Below, piece by piece: positions 1 to 9,023 of a stretch of 64,000 nucleotides of DNA. The stretch comes from Bacteroidota bacterium (GTDB lineage Bacteria > Bacteroidota > Bacteroidia > Bacteroidales > FEN-979): contig JAPLDK010000033.1 in NCBI GenBank assembly GCA_026391775.1, positions 3,404-67,403 on the forward strand. Direction: 5' to 3'. Within the stretch, counting starts at the first letter, position 1; each line of letters starts with the position of its first letter. Both the position numbers and the translations under genes were made by a program. The notes below the pieces were generated by a model. That model was not told the origin of the DNA and did not search any database. It saw only the letters and a list, made by a program, of their open reading frames with translations.

Positions 1-2
1 GC

Positions 3-587
3 CCATACACATTTACCGATTCACGGAACAGCAAAGTGTATCATGCCTCTCTCATGGGAGGGCGTTGCTGGATGCTTGAAAACCTTAACTACGGGAGCAA
101 ACTGGACCCGGACATCCAGCCGCAAACCGACAATTGCGTTGTGGAGAAATACTGCAGCAGCGCTGATATTAATTGTACAGTCTACGGCGGATTATATCAA
201 TGGGATGAAATGATGCAGTACCGTATACCCGGCCCGGGAGAATACCTGCAGGGACTTTGTCCGCCCGAATGGCATGTTCCAACTGCTACTGAATGGCAGA
301 TGTTGATCGATGGACAGACCAATGCCGGTAATGGCATCGCAGGTGGAGATCTCAAAGACCCGAACCCTGGGTTGGGCTTTAAAGCCGTTTTGCTGGGTAT
401 CTATTACCAGAATAATGTATGGGCTTTTACGAGCGGAAACCTTAAGGCAACGATATTCTGGACTTCCACATCAGGCAGCAGCACCAGGGCTCTCACCCGG
501 GGGATGAACAGCTACAATGAAAGTATTTCGGTATATTACTCCGTACGCTCCAATGCTCTTCCCGTGCGTTGCGTCAAGGACTTCTAG
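3..587 (+). CDS. FISUMP (Fibrobacter succinogenes major paralogous) domain protein, 5' end outside window
   Basis: FTDSRN..Y, WMLENLNYG, YGGLYQWDE, GLCPPEWHVPT, terminal VRCVKD; the frame is open back to the window edge. Confidence 0.85.
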   Translation, partial: PYTFTDSRNSKVYHASLMGGRCWMLENLNYGSKLDPDIQPQTDNCVVEKYCSSADINCTVYGGLYQWDEMMQYRIPGPGEYLQGLCPPEWHVPTATEWQMLIDGQTNAGNGIAGGDLKDPNPGLGFKAVLLGIYYQNNVWAFTSGNLKATIFWTSTSGSSTRALTRGMNSYNESISVYYSVRSNALPVRCVKDF

Positions 588-1348
588 CTCCTCAGGTAGG
601 AAGCCCCGTTCATATCCACTATACAACCTGTCATATATTCGTTTCCCTCGGCGCAAAGCATAAGTACCGCCCTGGCTATCTCATCCGGCCCGGCCATACG
701 GTTCATAGGGCTCTGGCTTAGAATTTCCGCCCTGCGTTTGCCTTTCAGACAAGGTTTCGTCATATCGGTTTCCACGAAACCCGGCGCCAAAGTGTAAACA
801 GAGATACCATGAGGAGCCAGGGCCTTTGCCATGCTCTGGCCAAGTGAATTTAATCCTGCCTTGGAAGCACCGTAGGCCCAGGCATCCGGTTCGCCCCTGA
901 ATGCCCCCCTGGAAGAAATATTAACGATCTTACCACCTCCCTGTTTTATCATCTGCCTGCTGATCAGGTGGGATATAAAAGCAGGCCCGCTCAGATTGAC
1001 CCCAATAGTACGGTCCCAGTATTCTTTAAAAGCCCTGAATGACATGGAGGCCATATCTTTTTCCTCAAAAATACCTGCATTGTTTACGAGTATGTCGATT
1101 TTGCCAAACTGCTTCAGTGCAGCCGCTGCAAGCTTTTCAATATCGCCGGGCTTGCCCAGATCGGCAGGCAAACAGGCATGGCCCTGGCCCGGAAGTGCTA
1201 TAAGGAGCGATTTCGCGGCTTTATGGTTCGAATTATAATGCACTGCGACTGTCGCACCTGCAAGTGCAAACTGGCTTGCCACAGCCTTCCCTATTCCCCT
1301 GGAAGCTCCGGTTACAAGGACGATCTTTCCATCAAAACGAATTTCCAT
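584..1348 (-). CDS. SDR family NAD(P)-dependent oxidoreductase (FabG-like)
   Basis: TGASRGIG, NNAG, YGASK catalytic motif, PGFVETDM; likely start MEIRFDGK at 1348. Confidence 0.9.
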   Translation of the reverse strand: MEIRFDGKIVLVTGASRGIGKAVASQFALAGATVAVHYNSNHKAAKSLLIALPGQGHACLPADLGKPGDIEKLAAAALKQFGKIDILVNNAGIFEEKDMASMSFRAFKEYWDRTIGVNLSGPAFISHLISRQMIKQGGGKIVNISSRGAFRGEPDAWAYGASKAGLNSLGQSMAKALAPHGISVYTLAPGFVETDMTKPCLKGKRRAEILSQSPMNRMAGPDEIARAVLMLCAEGNEYMTGCIVDMNGASYLRS

Positions 1349-1488
1349 TTGAATTTTGTATTTGTTGATTTCACCCAAAATTAATTATTTTCATCACAAT
1401 CTCCCACACGAACTTCGCCATCTGCTTCATCAGGAACTTTTTTGCGGTTTTGGAAAAATAAATTATCTTCGCTTTAAATCCGCTTAAA

Positions 1489-2157
1489 ATGAAAAGAATT
1501 ATGGCTTTTCTTTTTATGCTATGTATTCTCAGCAACCCGGGACCAGCCAGGTCCCAGGGTATGATGAGGGATAGGGACGGGAATAACTATAAAACCCTGG
1601 TCCTCGCCAACAAAGTATGGATGGCCGGGAACCTGAATGTTGCACACTACCGTAATGGTGATGCAATTCCCGAAGCAAAAACAGCCGCCGAATGGGATCG
1701 TTATTGCGAGAGCCGGACCGGTTGCTGGTGCTACTATGACTTTAGCGCCATAAATGGCCGCAGATACGGTAAGTTATATAATTGGTTTGCCGTAAACGAT
1801 CCAAGGGGATTGGCTCCCAAGGGCTGGCATATCCCGGCCGATATGGAATGGCTTGTATTTACTCATATCCCCACTGAAGGAGATAAGCCAGGGAAAGGAA
1901 TGAAAAGCACCTATGGTTGGGGTAATGAGGGTGATGATTGTTGCGGCAATAACTTAACAGGATTCGATGCACTGCCCGGCGGTTCACGTGAAGTCAGTAC
2001 TTTTGAAGGCCTCAGGCTGATCGGCCACTGGTGGTGTTCGAACGAAAGCGAAGTCAATTTCGCAAGGATACGCAGCCTTGCATGCAACAGCGACGATCTG
2101 TGGCTTCACGCCTCCCTGAAACAATGCGGTAATTCGGTCAGATGCGTTAAGGACTGA
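1489..2157 (+). CDS. Secreted FISUMP domain protein
   Basis: Signal peptide, DRDGNNYKT, WMAGNLNVAHYRNGD, YGKLYNW, PKGWHIP, SVRCVKD. Confidence 0.88.
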   Translation: MKRIMAFLFMLCILSNPGPARSQGMMRDRDGNNYKTLVLANKVWMAGNLNVAHYRNGDAIPEAKTAAEWDRYCESRTGCWCYYDFSAINGRRYGKLYNWFAVNDPRGLAPKGWHIPADMEWLVFTHIPTEGDKPGKGMKSTYGWGNEGDDCCGNNLTGFDALPGGSREVSTFEGLRLIGHWWCSNESEVNFARIRSLACNSDDLWLHASLKQCGNSVRCVKD

Positions 2158-3280
2158 ACATCTTGCCGTCGCTGGGAGTCAACTCAGGCAGCTGTGAAAT
2201 CATTTTCTTCGATGGCTTGTATCGCCTCCAGAACCTGAAACGGGTCAATGAAGTATAATAAAAGAGGTCCCTGATCAAAGGAATTCGCAGTAAATAATGG
2301 TATATACGGTAAAAAACCACTAACAAGATGAATGTCAGCCCCCATCTGATAAAGGTTATAAGTACCCAGACCCAACCATTGTTTTGAGGGATATTGATAA
2401 ATGTTTCTACCCATTTCCAAAACAGGTTTAGTATGACCATGTTGATCAGCAACATGATGCCGATTATATAACCGTGAGATGTTTCAATGGCCCTCTTCGG
2501 ACAACTATTCATGCACCGCATGCAGCTTTCGCATCGGTAGGACCAGAACGGGCGTTTGTCGACGGTCAGAATGGCTTTCATCGGGCAGTTGTTTATGCAG
2601 AGTTCGCAGTTATCACAATTTTCGTTGGCGTAAAATGTTTTTGCAAGCATGAACCGCCCCATGAAAAAATACCCTATGCTTATTGGACTTACCAGGAGAT
2701 CCTGAATGATGTCGCGAAAAGCAGTATAAACTTTTTTCCCGTCAAGGATCTTTGATGCAAAAATTTGGGTAATCTTTTTGCAGTGGCCATAAATGGATTC
2801 AACCACCTTCTCTTTGACACCCGGATGAAAGGATATCCAGTTCGACGGCAGGTCAATTGACCTTAGGCCCACTATCCGGTATCCTTTAAGCAGAAGGACA
2901 ATGGCAGGGAGCCACAGGGCAATGCCGCTCAGGCCGGGTACAAACCATTTTGAAAGTTTTAATCCTGCTCTTGTATTCATGAGAAAAACCCGGTTGCCCC
3001 TTGACCTTGGAAAACGGAAAATGAAGTACATGCTTACCGGGGGGTAATTAAAACCATGCGTTGGCGATACAAAACCGATCAGGGCCTCGGGAGGAAATGG
3101 CTTGATATGTTTCCGGTCTATTGCAGCAATATCGGATAATTCAGTTGGAATACTGCGCGATTCCGCCTCTTGTGCAAACCAGGATGCCACATTCCGGGCA
3201 TTGCCTGTTCCCGAGAAATAATAAAGGATCAACTGACGAACCTTGCCGGACAAGGAATTTAGTATTAGTTTTGTTATCAA
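2147..3280 (-). CDS. EFR1-family ferredoxin (flavodoxin-like plus 2x[4Fe-4S]) with membrane segments
   Basis: YYFSGTGN N-terminal motif; CDNCELCINNCP and CESCMRCMNSCP; hydrophobic C-terminal helices; true start may be the TTG at 3253. Confidence 0.85.
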   Translation of the reverse strand: MITKLILNSLSGKVRQLILYYFSGTGNARNVASWFAQEAESRSIPTELSDIAAIDRKHIKPFPPEALIGFVSPTHGFNYPPVSMYFIFRFPRSRGNRVFLMNTRAGLKLSKWFVPGLSGIALWLPAIVLLLKGYRIVGLRSIDLPSNWISFHPGVKEKVVESIYGHCKKITQIFASKILDGKKVYTAFRDIIQDLLVSPISIGYFFMGRFMLAKTFYANENCDNCELCINNCPMKAILTVDKRPFWSYRCESCMRCMNSCPKRAIETSHGYIIGIMLLINMVILNLFWKWVETFINIPQNNGWVWVLITFIRWGLTFILLVVFYRIYHYLLRIPLIRDLFYYTSLTRFRFWRRYKPSKKMISQLPELTPSDGKMFSP

Positions 3281-3295
3281 GCAAAGATAAAAAAA

Positions 3296-3952
3296 ATGAA
3301 AACGATTTGTTTTTTTGTTCCCGCCCTGGCAGGCTTGATAATTTTCAGTGGTTGTAACAAGAAGGATACTGCCTATAATTCATCCCCGGAACCCACTTCC
3401 AGCCAATATTATGTGCTGGATATCGGGGTGAAAATTCCCAGGCCCGGTTTTACCATCTTACCCCTTAACGCCTACCAGCAGACCACCGAATATACCTGCG
3501 GACCGGCTGCAGCACTAACGCTTTTGCATTATTACGGAAGAAGCGGGGATGAAATGACCATTGCCAAGGAGATGGGAACAAGTACAACAACCGGCACCAA
3601 TCCTGAACAGATGGTTAACTGGCTCCAGAAAAACAGCTTTAAGGTTAGCTCAGGAGAAGGGGGTAGCCTTGAACTTATCCGCAGTAACCTTGAGAAAAAG
3701 ATCCCCACCCTGATTGAATGGAGCGACTGGGGCGGGCACTGGGTGCTTGCTGTAGGCTATGATACACGGAACACTGAAAATCCCATGGATGATGTCATCG
3801 TTTTCGCCGATCCTTACGACCGCCATGACGACCGTAACGACGGTATCGACTGGTTCAATGCCCAGAGGTTTTATTATATGTGGTATGACGCCCTGCTTTT
3901 CGGGAAGGTGATGAAGCGGATCTACATAACGGCAACTCCATTAACCTTGTAA
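3296..3952 (+). CDS. C39-like (papain-fold) cysteine peptidase lipoprotein
   Basis: Lipobox FSGC; QTTEYTCG (Cys), GGHWV (His), ADP (Asp). Confidence 0.8.
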   Translation: MKTICFFVPALAGLIIFSGCNKKDTAYNSSPEPTSSQYYVLDIGVKIPRPGFTILPLNAYQQTTEYTCGPAAALTLLHYYGRSGDEMTIAKEMGTSTTTGTNPEQMVNWLQKNSFKVSSGEGGSLELIRSNLEKKIPTLIEWSDWGGHWVLAVGYDTRNTENPMDDVIVFADPYDRHDDRNDGIDWFNAQRFYYMWYDALLFGKVMKRIYITATPLTL

Positions 3953-4045
3953 AGCACTATCATAAACATTAACTGAATTTCATAAATATTATGACCAGCT
4001 TGCCGAAAATGGTAAACAGAGTAGGCACATTTAAAATCCTTTAAA

Positions 4046-6328
4046 ATGATCACACCTTATTTTATTTTGATCGCAACCCTTATCGTGGTTGCCGCTATTT
4101 TTTTTCTTTGGCTGATTTTCAGCTCCCTGCTGATTGTCGGTGGACGTGAAATCAAGGTACTGGAAAGGCGGTGGTTCGGCAAGCAGATGCCCAAAGACCG
4201 TGTTTTTGCCATGAGCAACGAGATAGGAATACAAGCCAGGACCAAAGGCCCGGGATTATATTTCCTTTTTCCATTTATCTACACCAGGAAACATCAGGAT
4301 TTCACGTTTATCGGCAAAGACGAGGTAGGGCTGCTTATTTCCATGGATGGGAACCCGATACCGTCGGGAAAGATCTTTGCAAAACCCGTTGAATGTAATC
4401 TCTTCCAGGATGGAGAAGCATTTCTTCAGAACGGAGGTGAAAAAGGTTCTCAGATCCCCATCCTGCCCCCTGGTATTTACAGGATCAACTCAGTACTGTT
4501 CAATATCAGTAAGGAACAGGTAACCATCATTGGTGAGAACCAGGTGGGTATCGTTGAATCCATTGATGGCGCCCCTATTCCCGCAGGACGTATCTTCGGT
4601 AAAGTCGTCGACTGCGACCTTTTCCAGGATGGGGCTGCATTTCTTAGAAACGGGGGTGAGAAAGGCCCACAGATCAGGACCCTTCCTCCGGGTAACTATC
4701 GTATCAACACCCGTCTGTTCAAAGTGACTCCTGTTCAGATCACTGTTGTTGAAAAGGGACAGGTGGGCGTGGTCACCTCCCAGGACGGTAAACAAATCAG
4801 CGGTGGAAGGCTTCTGTCCAAAGCTGTGATTGACCACAGCAACTTCGAAGACGGGGAAGCCTTTCTGAACCATGGAGGAGAGAAAGGCCCCCAGACCTCA
4901 ATCCTTTTTCCGGGAAAATACAGGGTCAATACGGGACTTTTCAAAGTTGAGATCAGGGATACAATCGTCATCCCTGATAAAAAAATAGGGATTGTGGTGG
5001 CCCGTGACGGACAGCCCCTGCCTGAGACCGAATATGTAGCCAAACATGTTGAAGGACATAACAATTTCCAGGATGTGACTAAATTTCTTGAAAGCGGTGG
5101 TCAGCGTGGCCCCCAGTTTGACGTCCTGAAACCGGGGACCTATTATATCAATCCCATGATGTTCAGTGTGGAACTGGATGATGTAGCCGTTGTGGAACGC
5201 GGACAGGTTGCCGTGGTGGTTTCCAATGTAGGGGCTGAACCTTCCCAGGTGAGGCAGATCACCGATCCGATCGCAAAAGAGGAAAAAGAACTGAGCGATA
5301 TTACAACCGGGGATACAAAACCTTTGGATAAACGTGTGGATGTGGGATTAGAGCGTTATGTCGTGCCCAAAGGGTTCCGCGGGATCCAGCAGGAAGTGGC
5401 AGGCCCCGGGATCTACTACCTGAACCGCAGAGCCTATATCGTGTATATAGTAGATACTACAAACATCACCATCGACTGGGATGATTCCAAGGAAACCCGT
5501 TTTGATCCCTTGCGCGTGGTCTCACACGATGGTTTTTCAATTAATGTTTCTGTGAAAGTGGTGATCCGGGTACGCCCTGACCAGGCGCCATACATGGTAG
5601 CTAAGATAGGTTCCATCCAGAACCTCGTCGACCATGTGATCCATCCTATGATAGATTCCAGTTTCCGCAACCAGGCATCAGCCACTTCCGCAATGAACTT
5701 CATGCAAAACCGTCATGAAGAACAGCAGAAAGCTGAAGACCGCGCCAGGGGTGAACTGGAAAAATACCATGTGGAACTGGTCAGCGTACTCATTTGCCAG
5801 ATCCAGCTTCCGGAAGACCTTATGAAGACCCAGACCGAAAGGATCATTGCCCAGCAGCAACAGGCCATGTATACCGAACAGCAGAAAGCCCAGCAAAGCC
5901 GGATCTCTATGGAAAAGACCACGGCCGAAGCCAACAAGCAGCCCGACCTGGTGACTTCTGAGATCGATGTGAAAGTTGCCGATAACCTGAAGAAAAAAGC
6001 TATCCTTCTTGCAGAAGGCGAAGGGGAATCCACCCGCCTGAAACGTGAAGGGGAAGCCAAAGGTATCGAAGCTGTAGGCAGGGCCGAAGGGGTGGCGATC
6101 GAAGCCAGGGGCTCTGCCACCGCGGAAGCCTATGAAAAACAGAAACAGGCCATCGGTGAACAAGGTGTCATTGCTGTACAGGTCGCCGAAAAGATTGCCG
6201 GCGGAAATGTAAAAATAGTACCTGACACCCTGATAACCAGTGGTGACGACAATGGCGGGCTGGGTCAGCTGCTTGCCGGTTTCCTGAGCAAGAAAATCAC
6301 TGAGAACAAGCAACAGGGAGGAAAATAA
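4046..6328 (+). CDS. SPFH/band 7 (flotillin-like) membrane protein with tandem N-terminal repeats
   Basis: N-terminal TM, four ~73-aa repeats, SPFH core (SHDGF...SSFRN), C-terminal AE/EA-rich coiled coil. Confidence 0.85.
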   Translation: MITPYFILIATLIVVAAIFFLWLIFSSLLIVGGREIKVLERRWFGKQMPKDRVFAMSNEIGIQARTKGPGLYFLFPFIYTRKHQDFTFIGKDEVGLLISMDGNPIPSGKIFAKPVECNLFQDGEAFLQNGGEKGSQIPILPPGIYRINSVLFNISKEQVTIIGENQVGIVESIDGAPIPAGRIFGKVVDCDLFQDGAAFLRNGGEKGPQIRTLPPGNYRINTRLFKVTPVQITVVEKGQVGVVTSQDGKQISGGRLLSKAVIDHSNFEDGEAFLNHGGEKGPQTSILFPGKYRVNTGLFKVEIRDTIVIPDKKIGIVVARDGQPLPETEYVAKHVEGHNNFQDVTKFLESGGQRGPQFDVLKPGTYYINPMMFSVELDDVAVVERGQVAVVVSNVGAEPSQVRQITDPIAKEEKELSDITTGDTKPLDKRVDVGLERYVVPKGFRGIQQEVAGPGIYYLNRRAYIVYIVDTTNITIDWDDSKETRFDPLRVVSHDGFSINVSVKVVIRVRPDQAPYMVAKIGSIQNLVDHVIHPMIDSSFRNQASATSAMNFMQNRHEEQQKAEDRARGELEKYHVELVSVLICQIQLPEDLMKTQTERIIAQQQQAMYTEQQKAQQSRISMEKTTAEANKQPDLVTSEIDVKVADNLKKKAILLAEGEGESTRLKREGEAKGIEAVGRAEGVAIEARGSATAEAYEKQKQAIGEQGVIAVQVAEKIAGGNVKIVPDTLITSGDDNGGLGQLLAGFLSKKITENKQQGGK
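4298..5180 (+). repeat. Four tandem ~73-aa protein repeats within the SPFH protein
   Basis: Recurring VG(I/L/V)..S.DG.P.P.G.....V.C..FQDG.AFL.NGGEKGPQ...L.PG.YRIN..LF. Confidence 0.85.
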
Positions 6329-6360
6329 GTTGATGCTCTAAGTAATGATGAGGGCGGATG

Positions 6361-7338
6361 TTATATTTCCACCTTGAGGCCAATCCCGGCGGCAAGGGCT
6401 TTTTCATAGACCAGCTTTGCGGTTGCGGCATCCTGGATGGCCAGTCCGTTTGATTTGAACAGGGTGATCTCGGTATCGTTTTCCCTGCCGGCTTTTTTAC
6501 CGGTGATCAGTTCACCTAACTCGGCATAAAAATGCTCCTTTGGGATTTCACCGGCATTGACGGGAATTATGATATCACCGGCTTCCTTGAAACAGGCCTC
6601 GTAGGAGTCGCCTACGAATTTTGACCGTTTAACAATGGCCGTGTCGAGTTCCCTGGCGTTGGGAGTATGACTGCCGATGCCGTTTATATGGCTGCCTTCC
6701 CTGACTTTATTCCCGTCAAAAATCGGGTTTGCAGAGGAGGTCGCCGCAATCAGGATATCCGTATTCATCATCTCGTCGGCTGATGCTGCAGGGACGATCT
6801 CAAGGTTCAGTTTCGGCCCCATTTCTGCAATGAATTTTTTCACCGCTTCATTCGAAATATCATAGACCAGGGCTTTTGACAGTTTTCTGGCTTCTGTTAA
6901 GGCCCATAGCTGCATCTTTGCCTGTACCCCGGCGCCGAAGATGCCGGCAACCTGACCCTCCTGTTTCCTGGCAAGATATAGCGTTGCCACACCGCTGGCA
7001 GCGCCTGTGCGAACCGCAGTGAGATATCCGCCGTCCATAATACATATGACATTACCGGTTTCGGGATCCTGCAGCAAAACCTTGCCGATGGTGGTTGGCA
7101 GATGATGTTTTGCAGGGTTGCTCTTGTATATGGTGACGACTTTGCAGGCCAGGGCCCCCATTTGTTTCAGGTAGGCAGGCATGTATAAGGAGAGCCCATT
7201 AGGTGGTGTGATCGCCGTTCGCAGGGGAAGTATGGCGGTGCCTTCTGCGAGTTCGCGGAATGCCTGTTCAACAGCGGCCATGCAGTCTTTCATGGTCAGT
7301 ACCGAAGCGACTTCGCTTCTGTTCAGGATCAGTGTCAT
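6361..7338 (-). CDS. Ornithine cyclodeaminase / mu-crystallin family protein (possibly archaeal-type alanine dehydrogenase)
   Basis: MPAY, CKVVTIY, LTAVRTGAASGVAT, GAGVQA, FKSNGLAIQD; start MTLILNRSEV at 7338. Confidence 0.88.
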   Translation of the reverse strand: MTLILNRSEVASVLTMKDCMAAVEQAFRELAEGTAILPLRTAITPPNGLSLYMPAYLKQMGALACKVVTIYKSNPAKHHLPTTIGKVLLQDPETGNVICIMDGGYLTAVRTGAASGVATLYLARKQEGQVAGIFGAGVQAKMQLWALTEARKLSKALVYDISNEAVKKFIAEMGPKLNLEIVPAASADEMMNTDILIAATSSANPIFDGNKVREGSHINGIGSHTPNARELDTAIVKRSKFVGDSYEACFKEAGDIIIPVNAGEIPKEHFYAELGELITGKKAGRENDTEITLFKSNGLAIQDAATAKLVYEKALAAGIGLKVEI

Positions 7339-7396
7339 GGGATTTTGTTTTGATAAAGCGGGTCCTCCGCCTTTCAAAAATACAAAAAATCCGGAA

Positions 7397-8707
7397 TTAA
7401 AGAATAACCAGTTTCTGTACCCTGGCAGAAGTTCCGCATTCGATTTTCAGAACGTAGATCCCCGAAGGCAGGTTTTCAAGGTTGAGGGTGTGGGAGATGG
7501 AAAGGTCCCGGTAGTCCAGTAGTTCATGAAAGCGGGAGTTACCGGTCAGATCGGAAATCTGCACACTGACCGGGGACAACGAGGTCCCTTTCACCGAAAG
7601 TGTAAGTCTGCCGGCTGAAGGATTGGGCCAGACGGAGAATGAAAGATCTTTACCGTCTATTGAGGGAACCCTGTCGCATATCATAAAACTGATGTGTTTT
7701 ATACTGTTTACCGGTATAGTGCATGGTCCCATTCCATTTGCAGTAAGCGTAAGATTCACACTCAGGGCTGCTTTGTCGGCGGTTCCGGGGTAATAGATCG
7801 GCTGGGCGGTGGAAGGATTGCTGAATGTTCCGTCACCGGATGTCGACCAAAGTATGGAGGATGAGTTGGAGGTGGTTCCGTTCAGGGGGATCTGGGTGTC
7901 TTGCAAACAGACCGTCGTATCATTACCGGCAAAAACCGATGGAGCAGCTTGTACCGTGACAAGAACCGAATCATTCACACTGTTTACTCCGTCGCTGACA
8001 TCTGCGAAATATCTGGTAGTAACCGCTGGTGTTGCAGTTGGGCTCTGCTGGCTTGAGTTAAATCCTGGAGGATCTGATGTCCAGGCAAACGTATACGTAC
8101 CCGTGCCCCCGACGGGAATGGCATTCAACAGCGTTGAACTCCCTGAGCAGACGCTGGAAGGAGTAGCTGTGACTGCCACTCCCAGAGGTTGGCCCGCATC
8201 CTCAGTCACGGTGATAAATTCTTTTTTAGTAGTGCTTTCAGTAATGGCAAATGCACCGTAAAAATTCACGCTCCCGGTACCGGCTGCAGGGGCTATCCAG
8301 CTGAAAGTCCAGGTAGCTGTGCTGCCATTGATCTTCGAACTATGGGTACAGTATTTCGTCCCGCCAACCAGTTTGCTTCCTGAACCGGCTACAAGAGTAC
8401 CGAGCTGGGCCCCCGCAACATTCTGAGGGGAAACCTCGAAACCCTTTCCACCTGAACCCGTAAAAGACACTGTAATATTGTATGTATTTCCGGCCACATA
8501 TCCTGATCCGGGAATGTTGGTTGTAATAAATCCGGTTACGGTAGAAGCCGTTCCTCCGTGGCATGAATTAGTGCAGGTCAGGACGTCTCCCGGCGAGCCC
8601 GTTCTACCTGAAGGTGAACCGCTTGAATGGCCAAATACTGCGCTTGGACCCGCCATCCAGAACATCATCAGGAAGATCAAAATAACAGGGTAAAAAATTC
8701 TTTTCAT
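7397..8707 (-). CDS. Reeler-like / choice-of-anchor V domain protein with Ig-like segments and T9SS type A CTD
   Basis: GRTGSPGD..TC..SCH, W.FSW.AP.AGTG.V.FY, and WPNPS...GIYVLKI....VQKLVI CTD. Confidence 0.8.
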   Translation of the reverse strand: MKRIFYPVILIFLMMFWMAGPSAVFGHSSGSPSGRTGSPGDVLTCTNSCHGGTASTVTGFITTNIPGSGYVAGNTYNITVSFTGSGGKGFEVSPQNVAGAQLGTLVAGSGSKLVGGTKYCTHSSKINGSTATWTFSWIAPAAGTGSVNFYGAFAITESTTKKEFITVTEDAGQPLGVAVTATPSSVCSGSSTLLNAIPVGGTGTYTFAWTSDPPGFNSSQQSPTATPAVTTRYFADVSDGVNSVNDSVLVTVQAAPSVFAGNDTTVCLQDTQIPLNGTTSNSSSILWSTSGDGTFSNPSTAQPIYYPGTADKAALSVNLTLTANGMGPCTIPVNSIKHISFMICDRVPSIDGKDLSFSVWPNPSAGRLTLSVKGTSLSPVSVQISDLTGNSRFHELLDYRDLSISHTLNLENLPSGIYVLKIECGTSARVQKLVIL

Positions 8708-9023
8708 ACTATAAAATGGTTGTTAATAAAGAATCATGTTTTGTAAACTTAACACTCATTGAATTAAGGGATTCAAAATTATAAAGGAATTTGCATACGT
8801 TTTTATAGAAATGGTTGAGATTTCTAAAGTATGTCATTGATAAATGTCAATTAACTCACTGAAATTATGACTGTTAAATATTTAACACAAAAAAATCAAA
8901 TAGTTCCCCGGAGGATAAAATAAACTCTATTTTGAATTTTTTTGTACTTTAGTAAATTATTTTTATTTGGTCTGGTTTCAACAATATAACCAAAGTATTT
9001 TCTTCAAAATTTAATTTTTATAT

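Noticed and set aside
5678-6313. Long antisense and alternate-frame ORFs (e.g. 5678-6313, 21941-22462, 59291-59818, 61076-61591)
   Set aside because: They overlap well-supported genes and show no recognisable motifs; shadow ORFs
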